From an uncultured Actinomycetes bacterium (GTDB lineage: Bacteria; Actinomycetota; UBA4738; HRBIN12), in contig CAWHQA010000004.1 of the NCBI GenBank assembly GCA_963831325.1, forward strand, positions 128,069-192,068: a stretch of 64,000 nucleotides of DNA, read 5' to 3'. Below, piece by piece: positions 30,588 to 39,463 of this stretch; the stretch's first letter is position 1; every line of letters begins with the position of its first letter. The notes beneath the pieces are model-generated. The model saw only the letters and a list, made by a program, of their open reading frames with translations, ran no database searches and was not told the origin of the DNA. The position numbers and the translations under genes are program-made.

Positions 30588-31195
30588 TTACGGAGTGTCG
30601 TTCAGGGAAGGGAGGGAGGGGCGCGGCTCGCGGTCGCTCGCATCGACGGGCCGCATCGCGGCATGACCGCCGCCGCGAGCGGCGTGGCGATCACGAGCGA
30701 AGGAGCGGATGACACCGCGGGCGCGCGGCCGAGCGACTCGGCGACCTCGGCGGCGCGCTCGGTGAGCCTGAGCGCGAGCGCGCCGGCGACCGCCATCACG
30801 AGCTGCACGCCGATGCCGATCACGAGCAGGGGACCGTGCGTCAGGTCGTGCAGCGACGCGCCCGACAGCAGCCGCTCGCCGACCTCCATCGCGACGAAGG
30901 CGCTCGACTGCACGCCGGCGAGCCGAACGACGTCGCCCGCGAACGAGCCGCGTCTCCCGCGGCGGGTCAGCCGGGTGAGGAACAGGCCGACGAGCCCGAT
31001 GCGCGCCCGCGAGCAGCGCGACCTGCGTCGCGTAGCGGCAGGTAGCCGTGGCCGGTGGCGTGCAGCAGCTCGTCGCGCGCGTGCGCATGCGGCGTGTCGA
31101 GCGCGTAGGCGAGCCAGTGCCCGAGCACGAGCCCGGCTCCGGCCACGCCGAGCGTGGCGCACGGTGCGGTGAGGATGCGAACCGCTCATCGCCAC
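30588..31195 (-). CDS. Hypothetical integral membrane protein (frame-broken N-terminus)
   Basis: ORF 30602..31195 reads ..SSAFVAMEVGERLLSGASLHDLTHGPLLVIGIGVQLVMAVAGALALRL... An alternative frame upstream gives ..LGVAGAGLVLGHWLAYALDTPHAHARDELLHATGHGYLP (His-rich). This is the first gene of the minus-strand copper cluster. Confidence 0.45.
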
Positions 31196-31317
31196 GATTG
31201 TAGGCCGAGCGCTGACATCGGACGGGACATGGTCGCCCGCGGGCTTGTGTCTACTTCATGTTCATCCGTAAGCTCGGCGCCGACATCGAAGGCTGGCAGC
31301 GGCGGGGACGGAGGACC

Positions 31318-32181
31318 GTGGAACCGAGTGACGTTCGAACCGTTGGTGTCGTGGGCTGCGGCCTCATGGGCTCGGGCATCGTCGAGGTCGTGGCCCGCAC
31401 CGGCATCGACGTCGTCTACCTCGAGCCGACCGATGAGCTGGTGCGTCGCCGGCCGCGTGCGCATCGAGGCCTCGACCGGCCGCGCGCTCGAACGCGGGCA
31501 AGCTCTCCGCCGAGGACCGCGACGCGATCCTGAGCAGTATCAGCGGCGTCGACCGACGTCGCCGCGTTCGCCGACGTCGACCTCGTGATCGAGGCCGCGA
31601 CCGAGGATCCAGCGGTCAAGCTCGAGACCTTCCGAAGGCTCGACGAGGTCACGCGCGACGACGTCGTGCTCGCCTCGAACACGTCGTCGATCCCGATCGC
31701 GACGCTCGGCGCCGCCACTGGGCGGCCCGACCGGGTGATCGGCATGCACTTCTTCAACCCGCCTCCGGTGATGGGGCTCGTGGAGCTCACACCCTCGCTG
31801 TCGACCAGCGAGCAGACGATCGCGTTCGCACGCGGGTTCGGCGAGCGCCTCGGCAAGACGGTGGTCGTGGCGAAGGACCACGCCGGCTTCATCGTCAACC
31901 GGCTGGTGATCCCGTACCTGTGCGCGGCGATCGGTCTCTACGACGAGGGCTTCGCGAGTCGCGAGGACATCGACACCGCGATGACGCTCGGCATGAACCA
32001 TCCGATGGGACCGCTGCGCCTCGCGGACTTCATCGGGCTCGACACCGTGCTGCAGATCGCCGAGGTGCTGCACGGCGAGTTCCGCGATCCCAGGTACGCC
32101 CCGCCCCCGCGACTGCAGCGCATGGTCGACGCCGGACACCTGGGGAAGAAGAGCGGCCGCGGCTTCTACGAGTACGACTGA
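31318..32181 (+). CDS. 3-hydroxybutyryl-CoA (3-hydroxyacyl-CoA) dehydrogenase, frame-broken in the first third
   Basis: GTG 31318 follows GGACGGAGGA. VRTVGVVGCGLMGSGIVEV is the NAD-binding GxGxxG. ORF 31585..32181 carries ..ASNTSSIPI..IGMHFFNPPPVM.LVEL..AKDHAGFIVNRL..MGPLRLADFIGLD..GKKSGRGFYEY. Confidence 0.88.
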
Positions 32182-32254
32182 ACGTGCGCCGTTGACTCGC
32201 AGCACACCTGCCACTACGTTCGACCACACCGCCGAGGGGAAAGAGGTCACGGGC

Positions 32255-33196
32255 ATGCAGATGGTTCGTCGGGTTGGTCTGAGCGTGATGTCGCTGATCA
32301 TCGCTGTCGCCCTTGCGACGACCGCGTCTGCAACGTCTCCCGGTGGCAACGGCGACATCGCCTACACGACACTCGGCAGAATCCTTGCCGTGCGAGCGAT
32401 CGATCCCGACGGCATGGGGGACCACAAGATCTCGATCGGGCGGATCTCGGCCGGAGACGCCGAGTACGTGGCGACCGGCGACGCCGCTGTGATCGTCGAG
32501 TATCCGGGAAGGCGTAGCCGCCTCGTACACGTCGATCTCGCGACCTCGGCGCGCACCGTCGTCCTGCCTGCCACCGAGGCGCCGCGCGGCACGATCTTCT
32601 CTGTCGGCGTCTCGCCCGACGGCTCGGCGGTGGTGTTCTGCACGATGCAGAGTCGAGGGTGGCGTCTCTACACGGTTGGCATCGATGGCTCTCAGCTGAC
32701 GCGCATCTCGAGCGGCACCGATGACTGCCACGCCGATTGGGGTTTCAACGGCCGTATCGCCGCCACACAAGAGCTCGGCTCCGGCGCCCAGCGGCTCTTC
32801 ACGATGATGCCCGACGGCTCGGATCGCCAGACCGTCGTCACGTTCCCGGTCCCCAAGAGGAGATGGAACACCATCTACTTCCTCGTGCCGAGCTGGTCGC
32901 CCGACGCGTCGAGCATCGTCTTCGGTGCACAACGCAACGATCGGAACCCCGACATCTGGTCGATCGATAACGACGGATCCAACCTCACGAACCTCACGGC
33001 TACCTCGACACGCGACGAGTACGGGCCGCTCTTCTCGCCCGACGGGTTGTTCGTCGCCTTCACCCGAGGTCAGCCGTCCCGCCGCGTCGTGGATCCGAGT
33101 GACCTCTGGCGCATGGATGCTGCCGGCGGGAACGATGTGCGGCTCACGCAGACCGAAGGGCGAGACGAGTACTCGCGCTCCTGGCAGGCGCTGTAG
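32255..33196 (+). CDS. Secreted TolB-like / PD40 beta-propeller repeat protein
   Basis: ATG 32255 is in frame within ORF 32192..33196. The signal peptide is MQMVRRVGLSVMSLIIAVALATTASA. Repeated xSPDGxxxxF blades follow (VSPDGSAVVF, WSPDASSIVF, FSPDGLFVAF). The N-terminal TSPGGNGDIAY motif is shared with the 55553 paralog. Confidence 0.8.
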   Translation: MQMVRRVGLSVMSLIIAVALATTASATSPGGNGDIAYTTLGRILAVRAIDPDGMGDHKISIGRISAGDAEYVATGDAAVIVEYPGRRSRLVHVDLATSARTVVLPATEAPRGTIFSVGVSPDGSAVVFCTMQSRGWRLYTVGIDGSQLTRISSGTDDCHADWGFNGRIAATQELGSGAQRLFTMMPDGSDRQTVVTFPVPKRRWNTIYFLVPSWSPDASSIVFGAQRNDRNPDIWSIDNDGSNLTNLTATSTRDEYGPLFSPDGLFVAFTRGQPSRRVVDPSDLWRMDAAGGNDVRLTQTEGRDEYSRSWQAL

Positions 33197-33211
33197 CCCT
33201 CGGCGGCTTCG

Positions 33212-33610
33212 ATGGTCCTGATGAGGACTCGGAGGGATAAGCTCGGTGCCGTGGAGAAACCGAAGAGCGTCGACGCCTACTTCACGAGCCTCGACCCTGC
33301 GCGCCGCGCCCCGCTTCAGAAGCTCCGCGAGACGATCGCGGCCGCGGCTCCCCGAGCCGAGGAGGGCATCACCTACGGGATGCCAGGCTTCCTTGTCGAC
33401 GGTCGTGGTCTGGCCGGCTACATGGCGTTCGACCGGCACTACAGCTTCTTCCCGATGAGCCCCGCCGCGGTGGACGCTCACCGCGAGGAGCTCGGCGATC
33501 TCGTTACGGGAAAGGGAACGATCAGCTTCGAGTACGGCCGCCGTCTGCCGATAACGCTCGTGAAGAAGGTCGTAAAGACGCGTCTCGCTGAGGTCGCCGG
33601 GGAGCCGTAG
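33212..33610 (+). CDS. DUF1801 (YdhG-like) domain protein
   Basis: 132-aa ORF reading ..KSVDAYFTSLDPARRAPLQKLRETIAAAAPRAEEGITYGMPGF...FDRHYSFFPMS....GTISFEY, the typical YdhG/DUF1801 pattern. Confidence 0.7.
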   Translation: MVLMRTRRDKLGAVEKPKSVDAYFTSLDPARRAPLQKLRETIAAAAPRAEEGITYGMPGFLVDGRGLAGYMAFDRHYSFFPMSPAAVDAHREELGDLVTGKGTISFEYGRRLPITLVKKVVKTRLAEVAGEP

Positions 33611-33715
33611 AGATTCCCAGCGTGCCAGAAGGCCCGATCCAGCCCGCCTCATCTCGCCCCCCTACCGAGGCTCTCGAGCGGGACCGGTGCCCGTGGGAAC
33701 CGCGGACCGGCCGCA

Positions 33716-35440
33716 CTATTCAGGGGTTGTCCACGGTGCCGGGCCCTCCAGTCGATCCCGCGCTGTGTCCTGAGCCGCCGCGTGGGCCTCGCCGGTGAGT
33801 GCGGCGAGGAACTCGTCGCGGTGCAGCGAGAGCAGACGTGAGTCGGCGAGCGCCACCACGGTCGCCGTGCGGGGTACGTCGCGCAGCAGTGCGATCTCAC
33901 CGAACTCCTCGCCGGGACCCAATGTCGCGACGTGCGCTCCTGCCCGAGACACTTCCACCGAGCCGGCCGCGACCGCGTAGTAGCGATCGCCCGCATCGCC
34001 CTCGCGGATGATCTCAGCGCCGGCTTCCACATCAACCGGCACAGCGTTGCGGGCCACCCGTTCCAACGCGGGGCCTGGCAACACCGAGAAGATCCGTGTG
34101 CGTCGCAGCACCGCCAACTCCTGCGCGGGCACTCGGACCCCGACGTCGAGGTCCGTGAGGCGGCGCCCAACGACGAGCGTGATCACTGGCAGCACCAGAC
34201 CACCCACCACCAGGGTCCAGCGAGGTCCGAACGAGACGACGACGATCGAAGCTGCGAGCGCTCCGAGCCCCTCGCCGCCCATATACATGGACTCCAACAC
34301 ACCGAGCACCCTCGTGAGCTTGGCGTCGGGGATCAGCCGTTGCAGCATCGTGATGCCGGCGACGTTGCTGAGCGCCATGCCCGCCGACGAGAACGCGAAC
34401 AGTGGACCGGCAGCGACCGGCACGATCGCGGTCGCCGCGACCGGAACACCGGTGACGAGCAATCCCGATCGGAACGAGCCCGCCAGGCGCCGGCGACCGG
34501 TGACCACGACGGCGACCGCCGCACCGACTATCGATCCGACGCCGATCGAGACGTTCAGCAATCCGACACCGGCGTCGCCGGTGCCGAGCACCTCGAACGC
34601 CAGCACCACGATCAGCACGTCGATCACGCCCAGCACGAAGGTCCACATGCCGAGCAGTCCGACGAGCAGCCGAGCGCGGGGGTCGTGCCAGGCGGTCCGG
34701 ACTCCCTCGGATACCTCTCGGCGCAGGGAAGGCCGCATGGTGGCCGCGCCTCCACCAGGGGCCCGGCCTTCGACGGCTGGGATCGTGGCAACCAGCCCAG
34801 TGCCGAGCACCAGCAGGACCGTCAGCGCAGCGTTGACTGATCCAGGCCCCGACAGCGAACCGCTGACCGCGAATGCGATCGTGGCGAGCAGGGGCCCGAG
34901 GAACGCGCAGGCGCTCTCGATCATGCCGGTGGCCGCGTATGCCGCCGTCAGGTCTCTCGGCGTCGGAGCGAGCGCCGGCAGCACCGCGTTGTGCGTCGGT
35001 CTGACCAGGGTGAGCAGCGCCGCGGAGACGGTTGCCGCTGCGTAGACCACGATCGGAGATAGTCCCGCAAGCATGGAGAACGCGGTCGTGCCGGTGCCGA
35101 GCGCCAGGCCGCCGTGGGCGAGGACCAGTACGCGTTCCCGCCGGTATCGGTCGCCGAGAACCGACCCGATCGGGGCGACGACGGCCGCGAGCACGAGGGT
35201 GAGCGTCGACACGAGGCCGACCCTCGCGGTGCCTCCTTCCGCGAAGGCGTACACGATGAGCGCGATGTATGCCGCCCATTCGGTCGTGCTGAACGCGATC
35301 AGCGCCAGCAGGGCCTTCGCGAGCGAGGGGGTTCGGAACGACCGGCTGAATCCGCGGACCGAGGCGCGCAGCTCAGCCACCACGGCCCCCAAGGTGTCGG
35401 TGAGGACCTCGTCCGCAGATGCACCGCCGTCGGTGTCCAC
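33716..35440 (-). CDS. MFS transporter fused to a C-terminal cyclic-nucleotide-binding domain
   Basis: This is the lower part of ORF 33716..36046. About 12 TM helices begin at ..LAKALLALIAFSTTEWAAYIALIVYAF... The cNMP-binding fold is IFSVLPGPALERVARNAVPVDVEAGAEIIREGDAGDRYYAVAAGSVEV..GEEFGEIALLRDVPRTATV. The start is set at GTG 35440, because the remaining ~200 upstream codons are antisense to the Crp gene. Confidence 0.8.
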   Translation of the reverse strand: MDTDGGASADEVLTDTLGAVVAELRASVRGFSRSFRTPSLAKALLALIAFSTTEWAAYIALIVYAFAEGGTARVGLVSTLTLVLAAVVAPIGSVLGDRYRRERVLVLAHGGLALGTGTTAFSMLAGLSPIVVYAAATVSAALLTLVRPTHNAVLPALAPTPRDLTAAYAATGMIESACAFLGPLLATIAFAVSGSLSGPGSVNAALTVLLVLGTGLVATIPAVEGRAPGGGAATMRPSLRREVSEGVRTAWHDPRARLLVGLLGMWTFVLGVIDVLIVVLAFEVLGTGDAGVGLLNVSIGVGSIVGAAVAVVVTGRRRLAGSFRSGLLVTGVPVAATAIVPVAAGPLFAFSSAGMALSNVAGITMLQRLIPDAKLTRVLGVLESMYMGGEGLGALAASIVVVSFGPRWTLVVGGLVLPVITLVVGRRLTDLDVGVRVPAQELAVLRRTRIFSVLPGPALERVARNAVPVDVEAGAEIIREGDAGDRYYAVAAGSVEVSRAGAHVATLGPGEEFGEIALLRDVPRTATVVALADSRLLSLHRDEFLAALTGEAHAAAQDTARDRLEGPAPWTTPE

Positions 35441-35504
35441 CGGGGCACCGTACTCCCGCGGCACGGGCTTGCGGCAAGGCCATCGTTCCTGCGAGGCTCC
35501 GTCT

Positions 35505-36197
35505 GTGACGGCGAACGACAACGCCCCGCTCCTCGCGAACTCGGCCCTTTTCGTCGACCTCGCACCGAAGGCGCTCGACTTCCTGGCGGATCGGGCCACA
35601 CGCCTGGACTTCGAGCGCGGGCGGCACATCTTCCGCCAGGGTGACGAGGGCGACACCCTGTTCGTCATCGCAGAAGGCCTCGTGAAGGTCTGGGTGTCGT
35701 CGGGGGAGGGAGGCGAGATGGTGCTCGCCACCCTGCGATCCCCCGATGCCTTCGGGGAGCTCTCGGCGGTCGACGGCCGGCCTCGTTCGGCCTCGGCGAC
35801 GGCGCTCGAGCCGACCACGTTGGTGGCCCTCGACCGGGCCACGCTGCTCGACGCGGTGCACCGCCACCCCGGGGTCGCCGACGGCATGTTGCGAGCGCTC
35901 GGCGGGCTCGCGCGCCGCATCACCGAGCAGACGTCCGACCTGGTCTTCCTCGACCTGGCTGGGCGACTCGCCAAGACGCTCGCCATGCTCGCCGACCGCG
36001 ACGGTCGCGCCGAAGGCGATGCGGTCGTGCTCGCGCTTCCGTTCACACAGACCGAGCTCGCGGAGATGGTCGGGGGGTCGCGCCAGAGCGTGAACCAGAT
36101 CCTGAAGTCCTTCGAGACGCGGGGCTTCCTCGAGGTGCGCGGACACGAGGTCGCGATCCCCGATCTCGACGCGCTCCGCCGACGCGGCGCCCGCTGA
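35505..36197 (+). CDS. Crp/Fnr family transcriptional regulator (cNMP-binding + HTH)
   Basis: GTG 35505 is in frame within ORF 35073..36197. The cNMP-binding part is ..LFVDLAPKALDFLADRATRLDFERGRHIFRQGDEGDTLFVIAEGLVKV..FGELSAVDGRPRSASA. The HTH is QTELAEMVGGSRQSVNQILKSF. It is divergent from the MFS-cNMP gene, with a 64-bp gap. Confidence 0.88.
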   Translation: MTANDNAPLLANSALFVDLAPKALDFLADRATRLDFERGRHIFRQGDEGDTLFVIAEGLVKVWVSSGEGGEMVLATLRSPDAFGELSAVDGRPRSASATALEPTTLVALDRATLLDAVHRHPGVADGMLRALGGLARRITEQTSDLVFLDLAGRLAKTLAMLADRDGRAEGDAVVLALPFTQTELAEMVGGSRQSVNQILKSFETRGFLEVRGHEVAIPDLDALRRRGAR

Positions 36198-36199
36198 CG

Positions 36200-37102
36200 T
36201 CAGTCCGACTCAGGAAGGAGAGCCCGAACGGCCTCGTCGCTGAGCTCGACCTGACCGTCGGCGACCACTCGTCCCAGGAGCTCGGCCCACCCCGAGTGCA
36301 CCTCGTGCGCGATCGCCGCGGTGCGTCGCGCCTCGTCGAGCCGTCCCGCGCCGGCCATCGCCACGGCTGCCCAGAAAGCGATCTCCGGATGGTCGGGCTC
36401 GATCTCGAGGGCGCGCAGGCGCTCCTCGAGCGCGCCGCCCAGATCGCCTTCGAGCTCGAGCTTCTCCGCGCGCTCGGCGTGGCCGTACGCCCGCCACAAC
36501 CGCACGACGCGTGCGAGCTCGTCGACCGGGGTCGCGTGATCCTCGATGCGCAGGTCGATCACACGGTCGTCCCACTCGTTACCGGTCGGCTCGGCTTCGA
36601 CGACGAGCATCGCGGCCGATTGCATCCCGCGGATGTCGCCGCGCTCGCCCTGGGCTGCCCCGAGGGCGGCCAGCAGCCGGTCGGCAAGGTCGCTTTCGGC
36701 GCTTCGGTAGGCATCGGCCATGGCGGTCCAGACCGTGTCGCGTTCCATCATGTTCGCCTGAACTGAGAACCCGTCGCCGGTGAGGTGGCCGAACTCGCGG
36801 ATGCAATCATCGCCGGTGTGCACGCCGACCTCCCCCGACGCATCGACGAAGGCGACCTGCCGCACCGCTCGGGCTTCGTCGGCATGAACGAGGGTCTCGA
36901 GTGCCTCCGGCGCGCTCCGCCCGCGACGCATCAACTCGAGACCGAGCGGTCCGTACGACCGCTCGGCGAACGACTGGGTCGCGACCGCGCCGACGCCCGC
37001 TTCGGCCCACGAGACCACACTGCCGACCGAGAACCAATGGGATTGCACGGCCACACCGAGCCGCCCGGTTTCAGGGTCGCGAGCGACGATCGAATAGGTC
37101 AT
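36200..37102 (-). CDS. DUF1028 (Ntn-hydrolase-like) family protein with C-terminal TPR-like tail
   Basis: Intact 300-aa ORF. MTYSIVARDPETGRLGVAVQSHWFSVGSVVSWAEAGVGAVATQSF is the hallmark DUF1028 N-terminus (Thr2 after Met). Confidence 0.75.
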   Translation of the reverse strand: MTYSIVARDPETGRLGVAVQSHWFSVGSVVSWAEAGVGAVATQSFAERSYGPLGLELMRRGRSAPEALETLVHADEARAVRQVAFVDASGEVGVHTGDDCIREFGHLTGDGFSVQANMMERDTVWTAMADAYRSAESDLADRLLAALGAAQGERGDIRGMQSAAMLVVEAEPTGNEWDDRVIDLRIEDHATPVDELARVVRLWRAYGHAERAEKLELEGDLGGALEERLRALEIEPDHPEIAFWAAVAMAGAGRLDEARRTAAIAHEVHSGWAELLGRVVADGQVELSDEAVRALLPESD

Positions 37103-37190
37103 GACGCTTCCCCTCCTCCCGCCATGAAGTCGAAGGCGCGAACGTACCGCAGCGGCCGGTTACGTGGCCGAACTGCCGTCCATCGTGACG

Positions 37191-37208
37191 TATGTCACAG
37201 ATGACATA
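37191..37208. promoter_or_regulatory. Perfect 7-4-7 palindrome upstream of the orphan vapB-like gene (candidate autoregulatory operator)
   Basis: TATGTCA-CAGA-TGACATA lies 24 bp upstream of the ORF start. It overlaps a second short inverted repeat, GTGAC-GTAT-GTCAC. A one-mismatch copy precedes the second vapB at 39225-39242. Confidence 0.55.
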
Positions 37209-37231
37209 CTCCTGTCCATGTACGAACCACC

Positions 37232-37438
37232 GTGATGGCGGATCAGATCGTGATGGAGCGACTCAAGGGCCTGGCAGCGGAACGCGGGGTCTCGCTCAGC
37301 ATGCTCATCCGGGAAGCCCTGGAGGAGAAGGCGGGCGAGTATCGACCGAAGCCCTCGTTCCTAGGCATGTTCGACTCGGGAACGTCAGACACGTCAACAG
37401 CGATCGCCACGGATCGCCTTCCGTCATGGGACGACTGA
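37232..37438 (+). CDS. Ribbon-helix-helix (CopG/VapB-like) antitoxin without an intact toxin partner
   Basis: 68-aa ORF reading MMADQIVMERLKGLAAERGVSLSMLIREALEEKAGEYRPKP... It is a close paralog of 39251..39463. Only a few codons resembling a vapC start (..TGATCCTGGTC..) follow its stop. Confidence 0.7.
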   Translation: MMADQIVMERLKGLAAERGVSLSMLIREALEEKAGEYRPKPSFLGMFDSGTSDTSTAIATDRLPSWDD

Positions 37439-37453
37439 TCCTGGTCGCAATCA

Positions 37454-37471
37454 GATACCGGAATCGGTATC
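37454..37471. promoter_or_regulatory. 7-4-7 inverted repeat GATACCG-GAAT-CGGTATC (copy 1 of 2)
   Basis: Perfect arms. A second copy starts exactly 50 bp downstream. Both lie in the 220-bp non-coding gap between the orphan antitoxin and the M1 peptidase gene. Confidence 0.5.
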
Positions 37472-37503
37472 AGATCAGAGTCGAGCGACCGGAGGCACTG
37501 CCT

Positions 37504-37521
37504 GATACCGAAATCGGTATC
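37504..37521. promoter_or_regulatory. 7-4-7 inverted repeat GATACCG-AAAT-CGGTATC (copy 2 of 2)
   Basis: It has the same arms as 37454..37471. It sits about 140 bp upstream of the M1 peptidase start. Confidence 0.5.
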
Positions 37522-37659
37522 GCTCGATGACGAGCTGACACCCCCGGGCCCAGCTGCGGGTCTAGGCTCTCGGCCAACGAGTTGTGCCGCGCCAGCTCAC
37601 GCTAGGGAAACTCCGGGCGGACGGATCATCTGGACCTACGGCGATCGGAGGATACGACG

Positions 37660-39192
37660 GTGGGTGCTCGAAGCAACGCTTCCAATGGCAGAAGCGCGAG
37701 CGGGCTTGCTCCCAGCCGACGTCCGCGGAGCGCCCTCGTGGCGACGCTCCTCGTTGCCGTTCTCACCGCCGCGTCAACGACGATTCCGGCCATCGGAGGC
37801 GTAGGGGCTCCCGGTTCCGACGGCATCGGTGACAGCTACTTCCCGTTGTACGGCAACGGCGGCTATGACGTCGAGCACTACGACCTGAATGTCCGGTACT
37901 ACCCGGCCTCCGACCGGCTGGCCGGGGATGCGACGATCACCGCGCAGGCAACCATGGACCTCTCGCGGTTCAACCTCGATCTCGTGGGGCTGCAGATCGC
38001 TTCCCTCACGGTCGATGGCGCCGACGCGACTTGGACGCGCGCCCAACACCACGAGCTCGTCGTCACGCCGCCGGTGATGCTGGCGCAGGACAGCACGTTC
38101 GTCGTGCGTGTCGCCTACGGCGGCGTCCCGAAGCAGTTCAGCGTATCCACCCACGGAGGGGTGGTGCGAACCGACGATGGCGCGCTCTTCATCGGCGAGC
38201 CCGAGTCCGCCGCCGCATGGTTCCCAGTGAACGATCATCCGAAGGACAAGGCGACGTACGACATCGACCTCACCGTGCCCTACCGGCTGAAGGCGATCTC
38301 GAATGGGATCTTCCTCGGCCGGGCTCCGGCGGGCGACGGCCGAACGACGTGGTCGTGGAAGGTGATCGACCCGATGGCGAGCTATCTCGCGACGGCTGCG
38401 ATCGGCCGGTTCCAACTCGATCGCCGCGGCACCGGCAGCGGCATCCGCGTGCTCGACGCCCTTGACCCGCGGGCCCCCAACGAGGCTCGCCTGGCGCTCC
38501 TGAAGGAAGAGCGGGTCGTGCGTTTCCTCGCGAATCAGTTCGGGGGGTATCCCTTCGACGACCTCGGCGGCATCGTTGATCGCCACCGGCTCGGATACGC
38601 GCTCGAGACGCAGACGCGACCCGTGTACGACTCCCGCTTCTTCAAGGGCTTCGTGAACATCCACATCGTCGTGCACGAGCTCGCACACCAGTGGTTCGGT
38701 AACACCGTGTCGGTCGACGACTGGCAGCACATCTGGCTGAACGAAGGCTTCGCGACCTACGCGGAGTGGCTGTGGATCGACGGGAGCGGGCTCGCGACGC
38801 CGCAGGTCCTCTCGAACGCCTGGTGCGACTCCTTCCGCCGGGCCGATCCGTTCTGGAAGGTGCTTCCGGGCGATCCCGGTGCCGACAAGCTGTTCCACCT
38901 CGCGGTGTACGGGCGCGGAGCGATGACATTGCAGGCCTTGCGTAAGGCCGTGGGCTCGGCCGCGTTCTTCGAGACCCTGCGCACCTGGGTCGCGGACCGT
39001 GCAGACGGCACCGGCACCACGGACCAGTTCATCCAGCTCGCCGAGAACATCTCGGGCATGCAGCTCGATGCGCTGTTCGACGAATGGCTCTTCACGCCCG
39101 AGAAGCCGCCGTGCGGCGGAGGCGCGGCCCGTCCGGGTGAGATTGCGCCCGCGATCGCACAGCTCTTGGCCGAGGCACGCCTGCGTCGCTGA
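37660..39192 (+). CDS. M1 family metallopeptidase (aminopeptidase N-like), secreted
   Basis: Intact 510-aa ORF. The N-terminal signal is like LVATLLVAVLTAASTT. The zinc motif is HELAHQWFGNTVSVDDWQHIWLNEGFATY (HExxH-18-E), with an exopeptidase-like LGYALET upstream. Confidence 0.9.
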   Translation: MGARSNASNGRSASGLAPSRRPRSALVATLLVAVLTAASTTIPAIGGVGAPGSDGIGDSYFPLYGNGGYDVEHYDLNVRYYPASDRLAGDATITAQATMDLSRFNLDLVGLQIASLTVDGADATWTRAQHHELVVTPPVMLAQDSTFVVRVAYGGVPKQFSVSTHGGVVRTDDGALFIGEPESAAAWFPVNDHPKDKATYDIDLTVPYRLKAISNGIFLGRAPAGDGRTTWSWKVIDPMASYLATAAIGRFQLDRRGTGSGIRVLDALDPRAPNEARLALLKEERVVRFLANQFGGYPFDDLGGIVDRHRLGYALETQTRPVYDSRFFKGFVNIHIVVHELAHQWFGNTVSVDDWQHIWLNEGFATYAEWLWIDGSGLATPQVLSNAWCDSFRRADPFWKVLPGDPGADKLFHLAVYGRGAMTLQALRKAVGSAAFFETLRTWVADRADGTGTTDQFIQLAENISGMQLDALFDEWLFTPEKPPCGGGAARPGEIAPAIAQLLAEARLRR

Positions 39193-39224
39193 AGTCTTCG
39201 GGTCGATCTCCGTCCGATGAGACG

Positions 39225-39242
39225 TATGTCACAGATGGCATA
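39225..39242. promoter_or_regulatory. Imperfect copy of the vapB operator palindrome
   Basis: TATGTCA-CAGA-TGGCATA has one mismatch. It sits in the same position relative to the second vapB gene as 37191..37208 does to the first. Confidence 0.5.
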
Positions 39243-39250
39243 CTCCCTGC

Positions 39251-39463
39251 ATGGTACGAACGACGGTGATGGCAGACCCGATCGTGATGGAGCGACTCAA
39301 GGCCCTCGCGGCCGAGCGCGGCGTCTCGGTCAGCGCGCTCATCCGCGAAGCGCTCGAGCAGAAGGCCGGTGAGTATCGACCGAAGCCCCGGCTCGGCATC
39401 GCCCACTCCGGTGGCGGCGACATCGCCTCGAGCGACGCGACGAGAGCCGTGCCGCCTCGCTGA
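39251..39463 (+). CDS. vapB: Ribbon-helix-helix antitoxin of a VapBC pair
   Basis: 70-aa ORF reading ..MADPIVMERLKALAAERGVSVSALIREALEQKAGEYRPKP... Its stop overlaps the vapC start (TGATG). Confidence 0.8.
   Translation: MVRTTVMADPIVMERLKALAAERGVSVSALIREALEQKAGEYRPKPRLGIAHSGGGDIASSDATRAVPPR

Noticed and set aside
35441-36046. Upper ~200 codons of the 776-aa minus-strand ORF 33716..36046.
   Set aside because: This part is exactly antisense to the well-supported Crp/Fnr gene (35505..36197) and has Ala/Arg/Ser-rich low-complexity composition. The MFS signature begins only below ~35440, so the extension is a high-GC open-frame artefact.
36193-36204. Palindrome TGACGTCA at the Crp / DUF1028 junction, considered as a possible CRE/Crp-like site.
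   Set aside because: It is simply the two convergent stop codons (TGA on the plus strand and TCA, the reverse complement of TGA) separated by CG. It lies at gene 3' ends, which is not a plausible operator position.
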